A stretch of DNA of 64,000 nt. Source: Candidatus Woesearchaeota archaeon. GTDB lineage: Archaea > Nanobdellota > Nanobdellia > SCGC-AAA011-G17 > PNOQ01. The DNA lies in NCBI GenBank assembly GCA_964344555.1, contig CAYFNK010000003.1, forward strand, positions 9,565 to 73,564, written 5' to 3'. The position numbers and the translations under genes were made by a program. This document shows positions 13,201-22,124 of this stretch, piece after piece. Numbering within the stretch: position 1 is the first letter of the stretch; every line of letters starts with the position of its first letter. The notes beneath the pieces were generated by a model. It saw only the letters and a list, made by a program, of their open reading frames with translations, was not told the origin of the DNA and made no database searches.

Positions 13201-16200
13201 TCTCCATTATCATATAATTCACCAACATTCAACGAACAAACAATTTCCGTGGTAAGGCCAACTAATTCGGAAGAGCAGTCGTCGATTTCAGTTACTTCAA
13301 CTTCATCTTTAATCAACATAAAAGTAGTTAATTCGGATAAGTCTGCCTCAACGTTATCCTCAATTTCCGTCCTGATTTCTAAATTAGAATCACCGAATCC
13401 AGGATCAACAGATTCTTCCATAATTATATTAATTGTAGGAGGATAGGTGTCTGCATAATTAATATATTCATAAGTATAAGAGTCAATAATATTATATTCT
13501 AAATCCCTTACAACTACTTCTAAACCTAAATCTTTCTGTTCAAGCAGAGCATCTATTTCAGGTAATACACAAATTCCTTCAGAAGTGATTTCACAATCCC
13601 CTATCTCTTCTTCTTCATCTAATACAGTTACACTGATAAGTTCAAAATTAGAATACTCTGCGTCTTCTAAAGTTGTTAATATTGTTAATTCGATTTCTTC
13701 TCCACCTCTAAGGTCCTGGTCTTCATCTAGGAGTACATCTTCAACATCAAAATCTACAACTGTAATATTATAAGAGAAAGGAATGGAATTTCCATTTTCA
13801 TCTTCTACGGTAAATTCTCCTGGGTAATTTCCTTCAATATTTCCAAGCCACTCCAGAGTTAGTTCTCCAACTGTATTAGCTTCTATTGTTATTTCAGAAT
13901 CTTCAAAGTTTTCATTTTCAATACTAAATCCTAACTCTTGCTCTGCAGTATTTTCTACAATAATCTTTCCAAGATTTAAGCTTTGATCTGGAGCAACGTA
14001 AAGGTCATTCAAATCAACATCCAATTCCGTGCTAAATTGAGCATTCCAGGGATTGACTATTAACTCCATTACTAGGGGTTGGACATTTTCGTCTTGATCA
14101 CTTACAATGATACTAAGATTCCAAACAACATTCATTTCTTGGTAAGTTTCAGTCAATGAAAATTGTATATTTGTGCTTCCGCCATGAGGTACAGTATACT
14201 CTCCCTCTACATCCTGTATATTTTCTGATATCCCAAAATCTCCTTCAAGTTCAAGGTCTAAGATAAGATCAACATTTCCAAGATTTTCTAGAACAATGTA
14301 TCCTATGTCTGATTCAAACAAATCAACGCTCTCTCCTAAGTTGTCACCCAGTACTTGCCAACTTATATTTGGAATTACTTCAATAGTTATTGGAATCTCT
14401 TCATAAATTTGATTTTCATCATCATAATCAAAACTCATTATAATTTCACTGATATAAGTTTTACCTTCATAATCTTCTGGAACAGTTATAGTTACCGTTA
14501 GGTCTTCGGTTCCTGATATCTCCACGTCTAGTTGTTCGGTTGATAAACTTACAAGATCTACAATCTCCTCGTATACGGATAAATCTAATTCGATATCGAT
14601 ATTACCTTTGTTTTCAATCGAAATAGTTTGTTCTTCCGTTTCAGAGTTGTTTAATTGGAAAGACAGCTCGGTTGGAGAGTAATTTACATTTAAAATGGGA
14701 TTTGGACTATATTGGAATGAAATCTCTTCTTCTGATTCAGAACCATCATTGTTTATCCAATTGTAAACTATTTTGAAAGTGTAGGGATTATCTGGAGGGG
14801 CAGGCTCGGTACCCTCCTCAACTTGAATAGAAATGTCATTAATTTGACAATCCAAACCATATTCTGCAGAACCACATTCTCCATCCGACGGAGAAATTTG
14901 ATTTAGAATATCCCCTACTTCGTACTCTATTTCATAAGCCCATCCTTCTCCATTATTTGTAAATATTAAATCTCCAGTTAATGTAAAATTATCGTTAAAC
15001 ACAAAATCAAAAGTTAAATCTATGTTTGTAGTAGGAGATTCTATGTATATTCCTCCAACTGTGGATATTGGGAGATCTATTGCATCGTAATATTGCCCAG
15101 GGACGGAACACTGTACATTTCCATCAGTTAAACCAAAATTATATAATTGCACTGCGCATCCTTCATTATTAATTGATTCACAAGTTTCATCTCCAAAATT
15201 GACAGTACAAATACTTCCATTAATATTATCTCCATCTAAATTTGTGTAAACTGGAGTTATTGTAACTTCGGTATATCCATTTCCATAAGATACATCAGGA
15301 GAAGGAATGCTTAATCTCATTTCTTCCCAAATAATAATCGAGTCGGAATAAGATGACGAACTATGTCCAATTTTATCACAATATAACTCATAGAAATATT
15401 CTCCTTGTGTATTAAAATTAGTTGAGTAGGAATAAAAACTTTCTTCCTCTGTCATAGAAACCCCTTCATCACCAATATTAATATGACAATCTGCATCTGA
15501 AATAAGTTCTTCACTAGTAGAGTATACTACGTTAAAAGTTACTTCGTTTCCAATATAATATATTTCTTGGAAGGAAGCTATGTCATAAATCAAAGAAGTA
15601 TTATAAGGAATTATCGTAAAACTTTCTTCTTCAAACAACCCACCTTCATAAGTACAAGACACAGAATATGTATAGTCTCCATCTCCATCCTCTAAAAATT
15701 GAGTAGAATACGAATACAATCCTTCTTCAAGATTTCCAGAGTCATTTATTATTTCATTTCCTTCACTATTTAGCACACTTAATTGGCAAGTTGTTCCGTT
15801 AAAACTTTGTCCGAAGTCAAGAATCGTTGCAGTAAATTGATGATTATCATCATAGTATTCCCCTTCATGAGAGATAGATAAGCCTATAACATACACACCA
15901 AGAGTAAAATCAATTATTCCCCCATATCCATCATCAACAGTAAAACTTAGATCATTCTGACCTACATCATATTCATCAACAATAAAAGTATAAACTCCTC
16001 CTTCTACAACATTATTTCCTTCGTCGTAGAAAGTAAGTGAATCTTCATCTACATCACTAACGTAATCTTCCAAATTGATATCGATACTATCAGTTTTAAC
16101 AGATACATATACGTCAACAGGACTAGCTACAGGTGCACTATTAACAACTTCTATTTGCTGACTTGCTTCAGAACAACCATAAGCATCACAAGCTTCACAA

Positions 16201-18059
16201 GACACAGTAATAATTTCATGAGAATAATTTACTAAAAGGGATGCCCATAAAGAAGGGGCAATACACATATTATCATCACAAGAATGTACCAATTCTTCAT
16301 CTTCATCAGTAAAATATATAGAAAGATTTATTAGATCATTCTCAGGATCCCCATTATCCGTACACTCTGCGTACCACGGATCAATTCCAACATAAATTTC
16401 TTCTTCAGAAAGGGTTAAAGTTGGAACATTTGGTGGTGTATTAATAATCTCAAGTTCATTGGAAATAACAGTTTCTCCTTCTTCCACAATACCTATAGGA
16501 GTAACAGCAACAGACCAAATGTCTTCAACTTGAGTTTCGCTACTTAGTAATGTATTGACCGGATTTTCATTCTCCCCTGACAAATATTCTTCATAAATCT
16601 GTTCTTCAGAAAGGACCTTATCAAATATCTTTACCTCATCAATATATCCTTTAAATGATGAATACTGGTTAAAGTTACAATTGTCCCCAACATATGAATA
16701 ATATTTTGAACCAATCCTTAGTTCAGTTGCGCTACTTGAAGAATTAATTTGTTCAATCTCGCAAGTTTTATCAAGACCACCATTTATATATATTTTAACT
16801 TTGTGATCTTCATAAGTAAGTGCAACATGAGTCCAATCTTCATTAGAAACTACTTCGTAAGAGTAGCATGTGCTGCTTCCTCCAGACCATACATCATAGA
16901 ATCCCATGAACTTAATTTTTCCATCTGTACCAAGGTATATTCTATACCCTTCGGAACAAATATCATCACTTTCGCAACATCCTCCACTAGATTTAAATCC
17001 ATTTACAAATATATTTCTAGTGCTCCCAGTATCTTCTGGGTATATCCAAGCTTCCAAAGTATAACTTCCATTAACAAGAAATCTTTCAGGATATCCAAGA
17101 GGGATTCCTATTTTTTGATAATTATTTTGTTCAGGGAAGTAGTAAGATCCACCAATTTTTCCAGAAGAATCCCAAGAAATAGAATCATGGTAAGTTATGT
17201 TTCTATAGTATGTAGAAAAATCTGATCCCCCCTCTACGTCCAAGGGGAGATTTGCTAATGCAATGGATTCACCATCAACTCTCCAATCAGTATTTATTGT
17301 TTGAGTATTTTCATTAGCTTCGTAAGTGACGGTAAGATTATCAAACACTCCATTATTTCCACTACTTGAACTAAGAACAACGTCAGAAACTTCAGGAGTA
17401 GTACTTCTTGTCTCAGTTTCCTCACTTTTTTCAGTAACTTTTTCTACAATTTCTTCTTTCTCAGGCTCATCAAAAACAGAAACAACATCAACAATAACAT
17501 CTTCAACTTTTCCAACTTCACTAGGAACAACAATTCTAGAATCACCGGGCTCAACTTCTTTAGTATAAGTTTCTTTCCCCTCAGAACCAATAACAGTAAT
17601 TTCCACACTAATAGAACTATCGAATCCACTAATAATGTCTACTCCAACTCCACGGCCACTAGAGCTATACTCATAACTAAGGTCCTTACCAGGCCCTAAC
17701 TGAACAACTTCATAATCTGGAACAAAAAATAAAGTCAAAAATCCAACTAAAGATAACATAAGTAAAGATAATGCCAACAAAAAGAAAGGACCATGCTTAA
17801 AGAAAGAAAAGTCAGATTCCTTGTGGGATAACCCTAAATCCTTAGCCTTCTTCTTAGCAACTTTCTTATCAGAACCTAAGTATAAAGTCTTAGTTCCGCC
17901 TTCAGAATTACGTACAGTATGATAATAATAATCTTTATTTTTTATTCTCTTTTTGTGCAAGTTAACCCACACCTCTCTTTGACTAAAATAACTTAAATTA
18001 TAATATATAAATCTTTTCAATACAAAAATATTTAAACAATCAAAATAAGAAAAAATCAT
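10176..18059 (-). CDS. Giant membrane-anchored surface protein (2627 aa): N-terminal signal anchor, LamG/ConA-like domain, long array of beta-sandwich adhesin-like repeats, C-terminal TM helix, cytoplasmic HerA/FtsK-like (DUF87-type) P-loop ATPase, poly-Lys tail
   Basis: Single uninterrupted 7.9 kb ORF. LamG-like region (WTHVALTYEDHKVKIYINGG...YIDEVKIF). TM segment YYLLLISIALLLVGGFYSL. Walker A LIAGATGSGKTV and VFDPTGQW. Walker B LLMVYDEVHRL. The start is uncertain because it sits back-to-back with the scpA start. Confidence 0.8.
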   Translation of the reverse strand: MIFSYFDCLNIFVLKRFIYYNLSYFSQREVWVNLHKKRIKNKDYYYHTVRNSEGGTKTLYLGSDKKVAKKKAKDLGLSHKESDFSFFKHGPFFLLALSLLMLSLVGFLTLFFVPDYEVVQLGPGKDLSYEYSSSGRGVGVDIISGFDSSISVEITVIGSEGKETYTKEVEPGDSRIVVPSEVGKVEDVIVDVVSVFDEPEKEEIVEKVTEKSEETETRSTTPEVSDVVLSSSSGNNGVFDNLTVTYEANENTQTINTDWRVDGESIALANLPLDVEGGSDFSTYYRNITYHDSISWDSSGKIGGSYYFPEQNNYQKIGIPLGYPERFLVNGSYTLEAWIYPEDTGSTRNIFVNGFKSSGGCCESDDICSEGYRIYLGTDGKIKFMGFYDVWSGGSSTCYSYEVVSNEDWTHVALTYEDHKVKIYINGGLDKTCEIEQINSSSSATELRIGSKYYSYVGDNCNFNQYSSFKGYIDEVKIFDKVLSEEQIYEEYLSGENENPVNTLLSSETQVEDIWSVAVTPIGIVEEGETVISNELEIINTPPNVPTLTLSEEEIYVGIDPWYAECTDNGDPENDLINLSIYFTDEDEELVHSCDDNMCIAPSLWASLLVNYSHEIITVSCEACDAYGCSEASQQIEVVNSAPVASPVDVYVSVKTDSIDINLEDYVSDVDEDSLTFYDEGNNVVEGGVYTFIVDEYDVGQNDLSFTVDDGYGGIIDFTLGVYVIGLSISHEGEYYDDNHQFTATILDFGQSFNGTTCQLSVLNSEGNEIINDSGNLEEGLYSYSTQFLEDGDGDYTYSVSCTYEGGLFEEESFTIIPYNTSLIYDIASFQEIYYIGNEVTFNVVYSTSEELISDADCHINIGDEGVSMTEEESFYSYSTNFNTQGEYFYELYCDKIGHSSSSYSDSIIIWEEMRLSIPSPDVSYGNGYTEVTITPVYTNLDGDNINGSICTVNFGDETCESINNEGCAVQLYNFGLTDGNVQCSVPGQYYDAIDLPISTVGGIYIESPTTNIDLTFDFVFNDNFTLTGDLIFTNNGEGWAYEIEYEVGDILNQISPSDGECGSAEYGLDCQINDISIQVEEGTEPAPPDNPYTFKIVYNWINNDGSESEEEISFQYSPNPILNVNYSPTELSFQLNNSETEEQTISIENKGNIDIELDLSVYEEIVDLVSLSTEQLDVEISGTEDLTVTITVPEDYEGKTYISEIIMSFDYDDENQIYEEIPITIEVIPNISWQVLGDNLGESVDLFESDIGYIVLENLGNVDLILDLELEGDFGISENIQDVEGEYTVPHGGSTNIQFSLTETYQEMNVVWNLSIIVSDQDENVQPLVMELIVNPWNAQFSTELDVDLNDLYVAPDQSLNLGKIIVENTAEQELGFSIENENFEDSEITIEANTVGELTLEWLGNIEGNYPGEFTVEDENGNSIPFSYNITVVDFDVEDVLLDEDQDLRGGEEIELTILTTLEDAEYSNFELISVTVLDEEEEIGDCEITSEGICVLPEIDALLEQKDLGLEVVVRDLEYNIIDSYTYEYINYADTYPPTINIIMEESVDPGFGDSNLEIRTEIEDNVEADLSELTTFMLIKDEVEVTEIDDCSSELVGLTTEIVCSLNVGELYDNGELESNEIYTVEVSTSDYYGNLAVNHSEFLVIDLIYNIEMEFTDAQGNELTGVSLMFCLPGTDSCSDPITTAENENSLTISEIGNSIWDLNINYQGIVDFTFYDVDLSQLEEHSNFFSLDFFDYSGTFIPESLVNNYISLYGVVVESEIFDLGTINELHMDGTFFDEDTPYWYIGYVGWLTEHMNYVVCHDWSYSERTCNDLESIEIISEEYSYDSEEGVFSYVPPLEEEDLEGDEFSAYLLSINTCGNGDQESWETETSCGADFADTYSEQPPSQPSGPSGGGGDGSSGGSQPQQQLSESLIFSLNKIEKELFPGEEAYELIHISSITEDVTSLDVEVSGEIQDLITVPSSIEIATNPDLIVNIAIPEDKDNGLYEGKISFTRADIYSEVLVEIRVLNSEYNLLSLDIDPLQDSVSAGNDISIETQVTNNGNNQNVDINLELLDLEDTETPLSEDNYTVEVLFDYTELLSLSTPSDLDEGFYYVKGKAIHSGVTGRGTISMAQIEVIRSVLNATFLGIKFKYYLLLISIALLLVGGFYSLEFVRQKTRRYKGKVDIKSIPRSADRAAFVGKVAETPINSYIGLDKLQTHTLIAGATGSGKTVGAMDVVEEALDKKVSVIVFDPTGQWTGYLRKSTQTNMLDRYRFFGMSPKSAKAYEGNIYKITDPKEQIDIKEHIKPGKITVFVVKDLKPKEIDVLVTTTVEQVFRANLPETGKLKLLMVYDEVHRLLSKFGGSGAGLIQLERGAREFRKWGVGLVLISQVLSDFIGDIKANIGNEIQFRTRYENDLKRIRMKYGSKYSQSVIREAIGTGMYVNAGYNKGLPYFVSFRPLKHNTFGLPAEELNKYTKYNKTLDDIRWKISQLKKAKVDVFDVEIELKLIDEKLSQGNFNMVDLYLESMKPNLDKIVKKHRRKIGRKKVETFTSKELKEILDRAKSMRKKYIKKAPKDLIPVTKEAKEEMAKEVERAKKKQTMKKLKKKKTKKVNNGKKTKERNSTKKRISRKSKKPR

Positions 18060-18792
18060 GCAAGATCAAATACTAGACATGCTCCTAAAAAAGGATGAAT
18101 TAACATGGCAAGACATTCTTTATGACCTAATTAAAACAGAAAGGATGGATCCCTGGAACATAGACGTGTCTCAACTATCAAAAAAATATCTAGACATAGT
18201 TAGAAAACTGCAAGAAACTAATTTCTTTGTATCTGGAAAGGTAATTCTAGCATCAGCAATTCTACTTAAGATAAAATCAAACAAACTTTTAACAGAAAAT
18301 ATAGCAAATTTTGACAGCCAACTATATCATAAAGAAGATGATGAAGATTACACTGAACAATTAGAAGATCAGGATTTTGAACAAGGATCACAACCAAGAT
18401 TAACTATTAAAACACCAATAGCTAGAAAGAGAAGAGTTTCTTTAAATGATCTAGTAGATGCATTAGAAAAAGCCCTAGAAGTAGATACTAGAAGAAAAGT
18501 AAGAAGACAAAGATATGAATATCTGGATGAAGATTTTGCAATGCCAGCTAAAAAAGTAGATGTAGGACAAAAAATAAAAGAAGTGTACTCAAAAGTAACA
18601 GAATATTTCAAGATTAAACAAAGCAACCTAACTTTTACACAACTTCTACCTTCAAGTTCAAAAGAAGATAAAGTATTTACATTCATACCTTTACTACACT
18701 TAGAAAATCAAAAAAAAGTAGATATGCATCAGAAGAATTCATTCGATGAAATATATATTTCACTAAAAAAACAAAAGCTTAAAAATAATTAA
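18058..18792 (+). CDS. scpA: Segregation and condensation protein A (kleisin ScpA)
   Basis: 244 aa. N-terminal ...WNIDVSQLSKKYLDIV...FFVSGKVILASAILLKIKSNKLL matches the ScpA N-terminal kleisin motif. Confidence 0.7.
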   Translation: MQDQILDMLLKKDELTWQDILYDLIKTERMDPWNIDVSQLSKKYLDIVRKLQETNFFVSGKVILASAILLKIKSNKLLTENIANFDSQLYHKEDDEDYTEQLEDQDFEQGSQPRLTIKTPIARKRRVSLNDLVDALEKALEVDTRRKVRRQRYEYLDEDFAMPAKKVDVGQKIKEVYSKVTEYFKIKQSNLTFTQLLPSSSKEDKVFTFIPLLHLENQKKVDMHQKNSFDEIYISLKKQKLKNN

Positions 18793-18798
18793 AGATAC

Positions 18799-19071
18799 TT
18801 GAATATCAAGATGAAAGAATTAAAAAAAATAGATCCAATGTCCTTAGCTAAACTGCTTGGTCTTTTTGGTTTAATAATAGGACTTATTCTAAGTGTTCTA
18901 TTGGCTGCAGGACTATCATTTTCTGAAGAAGGATTTGCTGCCTTTTCAGGATGGATGGTAATTTTAATTCCAATTGGTTATGGGATAGCTTATTTCCTAA
19001 CTGGATTAATTTCAGCATGGATCTATAATTTCTTAGCTAAGAACATAGGTGGAGTAAAATTACACTTTTAA
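18799..19071 (+). CDS. small membrane protein, hypothetical (2 TM)
   Basis: 90 aa with two strongly hydrophobic segments. Confidence 0.4.
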   Translation: MNIKMKELKKIDPMSLAKLLGLFGLIIGLILSVLLAAGLSFSEEGFAAFSGWMVILIPIGYGIAYFLTGLISAWIYNFLAKNIGGVKLHF

Positions 19072-20319
19072 TTTTTTTATTATTTTTTCTAAATTTAACA
19101 AAACATTCTTTCCAGAATTAAGGTCCTTCAAGCTAAACGCATTCTTTTCTAATTCCTTAGGACCAATAATCAAAGCATAAGGGATATTCCACCTATTAGC
19201 ATAGTCTAAATTTTTAGAAATTCCCCTTCCTACCAAATCAATATCTGAATTAATTCCTTCTTTTCTTAATTTATCTAAGACTTTCACACTTTTTTTAGTA
19301 GTTTTTATTGGAATAATATAAACTTTAGTTTTAGTTTTCTCTTCTTTATAACTGATAGCCTCACTAATAACATCCAAACCAAAACTTATTCCTACTGCAG
19401 GATAATTCCCCTTACCAACATATTTTCCAATCATTTCATCATATCTTCCTCCGCCACAAACAGAAGAAGAAATCTTTCCTTTTTTTAGAAAACCCTCAAA
19501 TACAGTCCCAGTATAATATCCAAATCCCCTAGTAAGAGCTAAATTCAATCTAACCTCTGATTTTTTACCCAAATAACTAAAAAATTCTTTCAATTCACTC
19601 AATCCTTCAAGTCCCTTTTCATCTTTGATAAATAAACTTAATTTAGTTAATGATCTAGAGCCCAATATTTTAATCAAATCTTCCACATTTTTTTTACTAG
19701 AATATTTGCTCAACTCTTTTTTTACTTTAACTTCACCAATTTTACCTAATTTATCTAAGATAATCATAATCTTTCTCAAATCTTTCCTTACAAATCCAAA
19801 ATTTAGAAGTAAAGATTGCAATACTTTTCTATTATTAATTTCAATATAAACTTTCAAACCAAGTTTAGAAAATATATCTAGGGCCAATTTAACTAATTCT
19901 ACATCTGCCAACATATTACTTGTACCAACTACATCTACATCACATTGCCAAAACTCTCTATACCTTCCAAGCTTAATAGGGCCATCTCTAAACACTTCTC
20001 CAACCTGATATCTCTTAAAAGGTAATTTTAATCCCGGATTTGTTGCTACATATCTAGCAAGAGGGACAGTAAGATCAAACCTCAATCCAAGTTTTCTTTT
20101 TCCTTGGTCAGTTAATCTAAACGTTTCCTTCATAACATCTGTTCCCTCTCCAGCGCCAAATTTTGCAGAAAGAACGTCGTATCTCTCAACAATAGGAGTT
20201 TCTAAAGGAGAATAACCATATCTTTCAAAGACCTCAACCAATTTTTTCATAATACTATCTCTTAGAATCTTATTTTCAGGACTAAAATCCCTCATTCCTT
20301 TTGCAGTTTGAAGTTTCAT
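19060..20319 (-). CDS. hisS: Histidyl-tRNA synthetase
   Basis: 419 aa. Class II motifs: MRDFSPEN..., FDLTVPLARY, FRDGPIKLGRYREFWQCDVD, GGGRYD. Confidence 0.9.
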   Translation of the reverse strand: MKLQTAKGMRDFSPENKILRDSIMKKLVEVFERYGYSPLETPIVERYDVLSAKFGAGEGTDVMKETFRLTDQGKRKLGLRFDLTVPLARYVATNPGLKLPFKRYQVGEVFRDGPIKLGRYREFWQCDVDVVGTSNMLADVELVKLALDIFSKLGLKVYIEINNRKVLQSLLLNFGFVRKDLRKIMIILDKLGKIGEVKVKKELSKYSSKKNVEDLIKILGSRSLTKLSLFIKDEKGLEGLSELKEFFSYLGKKSEVRLNLALTRGFGYYTGTVFEGFLKKGKISSSVCGGGRYDEMIGKYVGKGNYPAVGISFGLDVISEAISYKEEKTKTKVYIIPIKTTKKSVKVLDKLRKEGINSDIDLVGRGISKNLDYANRWNIPYALIIGPKELEKNAFSLKDLNSGKNVLLNLEKIIKKLKV

Positions 20320-20372
20320 GTAATAGAATCCGGATTATGAGTTTATAAAATTTTTCAAATAAAAAAGAAAAA

Positions 20373-20392
20373 AAGAAGATAATTATCTTCTT
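20373..20392. terminator. Perfect 20-bp palindrome AAGAAGATAATTATCTTCTT overlapping the stop codon of the membrane-protein gene
   Basis: Read directly. Could be a hairpin terminator or an operator upstream of hisS. Confidence 0.3.
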
Positions 20393-20715
20393 GCTATTTC
20401 AAATACTGATTTCAGAGCAACTACGATTGTAGAAGTTGCAAATAAAGCAGTTAAATTAGCGAATACATCTTGCAAGAAAGGTATAGACTCAAGTGCAAAA
20501 CCACCAAAGCTACCAACTATAACTAAAACGGTTCCTGCAAATAAAAACTTAGATGTCTCAGAAGAAGTTATGTTCAAAAGCCCAACCACAATTCCTAAGA
20601 ACACTAATGTCCAAGCATATTGTGGGAAACTAACCAAGGTAAATAATACCGCTAGCAAGACTCCTAACAGAAACGCCCAACTTCCAAGCTGACCTGCTTG
20701 TTTTTTCTTTGCCAT
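20383..20715 (-). CDS. membrane protein, hypothetical (3 TM)
   Basis: 110 aa: MAKKKQAG... followed by three hydrophobic helices. Confidence 0.5.
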   Translation of the reverse strand: MAKKKQAGQLGSWAFLLGVLLAVLFTLVSFPQYAWTLVFLGIVVGLLNITSSETSKFLFAGTVLVIVGSFGGFALESIPFLQDVFANLTALFATSTIVVALKSVFEIARR

Positions 20716-20804
20716 TTTTCACCTCCCTTTTTTAATAATTATAATATTCTAATTTTTGAATTACACATATATAAATATTTCCTAAGAACAAATAGTGGTA
20801 AAAA

Positions 20805-20878
20805 GGACGACGTGTGAGAATCGAACTCACGTCATTCGGACCACAACCGAATATTCTAACCACTAAACTAACGCCGTC
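20805..20878 (-). tRNA. tRNA-His (anticodon GTG)
   Basis: The reverse complement folds as a cloverleaf. Anticodon loop TTGTGGT, T-arm GAGTTCGATTCTCAC. Adjacent to hisS. Confidence 0.8.
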
Positions 20879-20916
20879 ATAATAATACTCAAACTAAAAT
20901 TAAATTGTTTATAAAA

Positions 20917-21693
20917 TTAACCTTTAAACCCAAGCTTTCTAAGTAAATTTCCAAATCTTCCCTCTGCTTTTTCATCATAGTTTATCCCAATTAGTTCTGA
21001 AGCTAATTTTTTATAAGCAACAGAAGATTTGCTTCTTGGGGAAACATAAATAACAGGTTCCTTCTTAACTAAACTCTCCCTTATTGAACTATCATAAGGG
21101 ATTGTTACCAGAACTTCACTATCTAACATTTTCTCAACACTTTCTTCAGATAAATCATGGTCTCCGCCTGTCTTTGTTAGAACTATTCCTTTCACATTTT
21201 TACCCATGCCTTCAACAAATTTAGAAATTTTAAGAGCATCAGTGACTGCAGGGAGCTCAGGATTTGTGACTATTATCACATCTTCAACAGCATTTATTAC
21301 AGTAAGTGCGTCTCCTCCAATTCCAGGTGCACCATCCACTAAAACAATATCAGTTAAACCTTCCAATCTAATCAACTCCTTAGCCAAGTTCCCAGGTTTT
21401 ACATCTTTCAAATCATTAAGAGACAAACTAGCAGGAATTATTTTCAAACCAGAATTATGTTGATAAACACTTTCAAGAATATTGTTTTTTCCTTTCAAAA
21501 CATCATGAAGAGAAATTGGAACAACCGGGACTCCTAAATGTAACCCTAAATTTGGAGTAGATAAATTTCCATCAACAATTGTAACATCTCTTCCAAAATA
21601 ATTAAATGCAGCACCAAGATTAACAGCAGTAGTGGTTTTAGCAACCCCTCCTTTCCCAGAAAGAATTCCTACAAATCTCGTCATTAAATCCAA
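20917..21693 (-). CDS. minD: MinD/ParA-family P-loop ATPase
   Basis: 258 aa. Deviant Walker A GKGGVAKTTTAVNLGAA and the LVDGAPG Walker B region. Confidence 0.85.
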   Translation of the reverse strand: MDLMTRFVGILSGKGGVAKTTTAVNLGAAFNYFGRDVTIVDGNLSTPNLGLHLGVPVVPISLHDVLKGKNNILESVYQHNSGLKIIPASLSLNDLKDVKPGNLAKELIRLEGLTDIVLVDGAPGIGGDALTVINAVEDVIIVTNPELPAVTDALKISKFVEGMGKNVKGIVLTKTGGDHDLSEESVEKMLDSEVLVTIPYDSSIRESLVKKEPVIYVSPRSKSSVAYKKLASELIGINYDEKAEGRFGNLLRKLGFKG

Positions 21694-22124
21694 TCCTCCA
21701 TTAACTTAACAAATTCTTTTGCGTTTTCGAAATAATCCATTAGGGTTGGAACATCAACATTAACAGTTTTATCTTCAGAGATTCTAGAAATTAAAGTTAC
21801 TCCTTTTCTATATTCCGAAACTCTATCAAAATCAGCATTTTTAATTTCCATCAATAAAGAATAAACTTCCAAATAAGGTTTGATATTTTTTTTGAATTTA
21901 GAAACAAGGTCTGCTCTCATACTTTTAGAAGAAGGGATAAAATCGATTTTATCTTCAGATTTTGCCTTTTCCAATACGGCAAGAATTGCAAAGTCATAAG
22001 CGTTAATTAATCTTTGAATAATATTATGGATGACATCACAAGTTCTAGTATATTTCAGACTGACAAAAACTAAATGATCTGATCTTTTTAATTCATCTCT
22101 TGCTTTCTCTAAGTATTCGCTCAT
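21684..22124 (-). CDS. hypothetical protein, paralog A of a tandem pair downstream of minD
   Basis: 146 aa. Shares an N-terminal L-x-x-A-x-x-x-L-K-x-x-D-H and a C-terminal block with the next ORF. Confidence 0.5.
   Translation of the reverse strand: MSEYLEKARDELKRSDHLVFVSLKYTRTCDVIHNIIQRLINAYDFAILAVLEKAKSEDKIDFIPSSKSMRADLVSKFKKNIKPYLEVYSLLMEIKNADFDRVSEYRKGVTLISRISEDKTVNVDVPTLMDYFENAKEFVKLMEDWI

Noticed and set aside
10216-17629. Antisense or alternate-frame ORFs inside the giant genes and gyrA (10216..10548, 11738.., 12046.., 13249.., 13585.., 16749.., 17326.., 2595..3254, 46862.., 47680.., 49449.., 50213.., 51053.., 51430..)
   Set aside because: They are low-complexity translations of the opposite strand of confidently identified long genes, with no independent signals.
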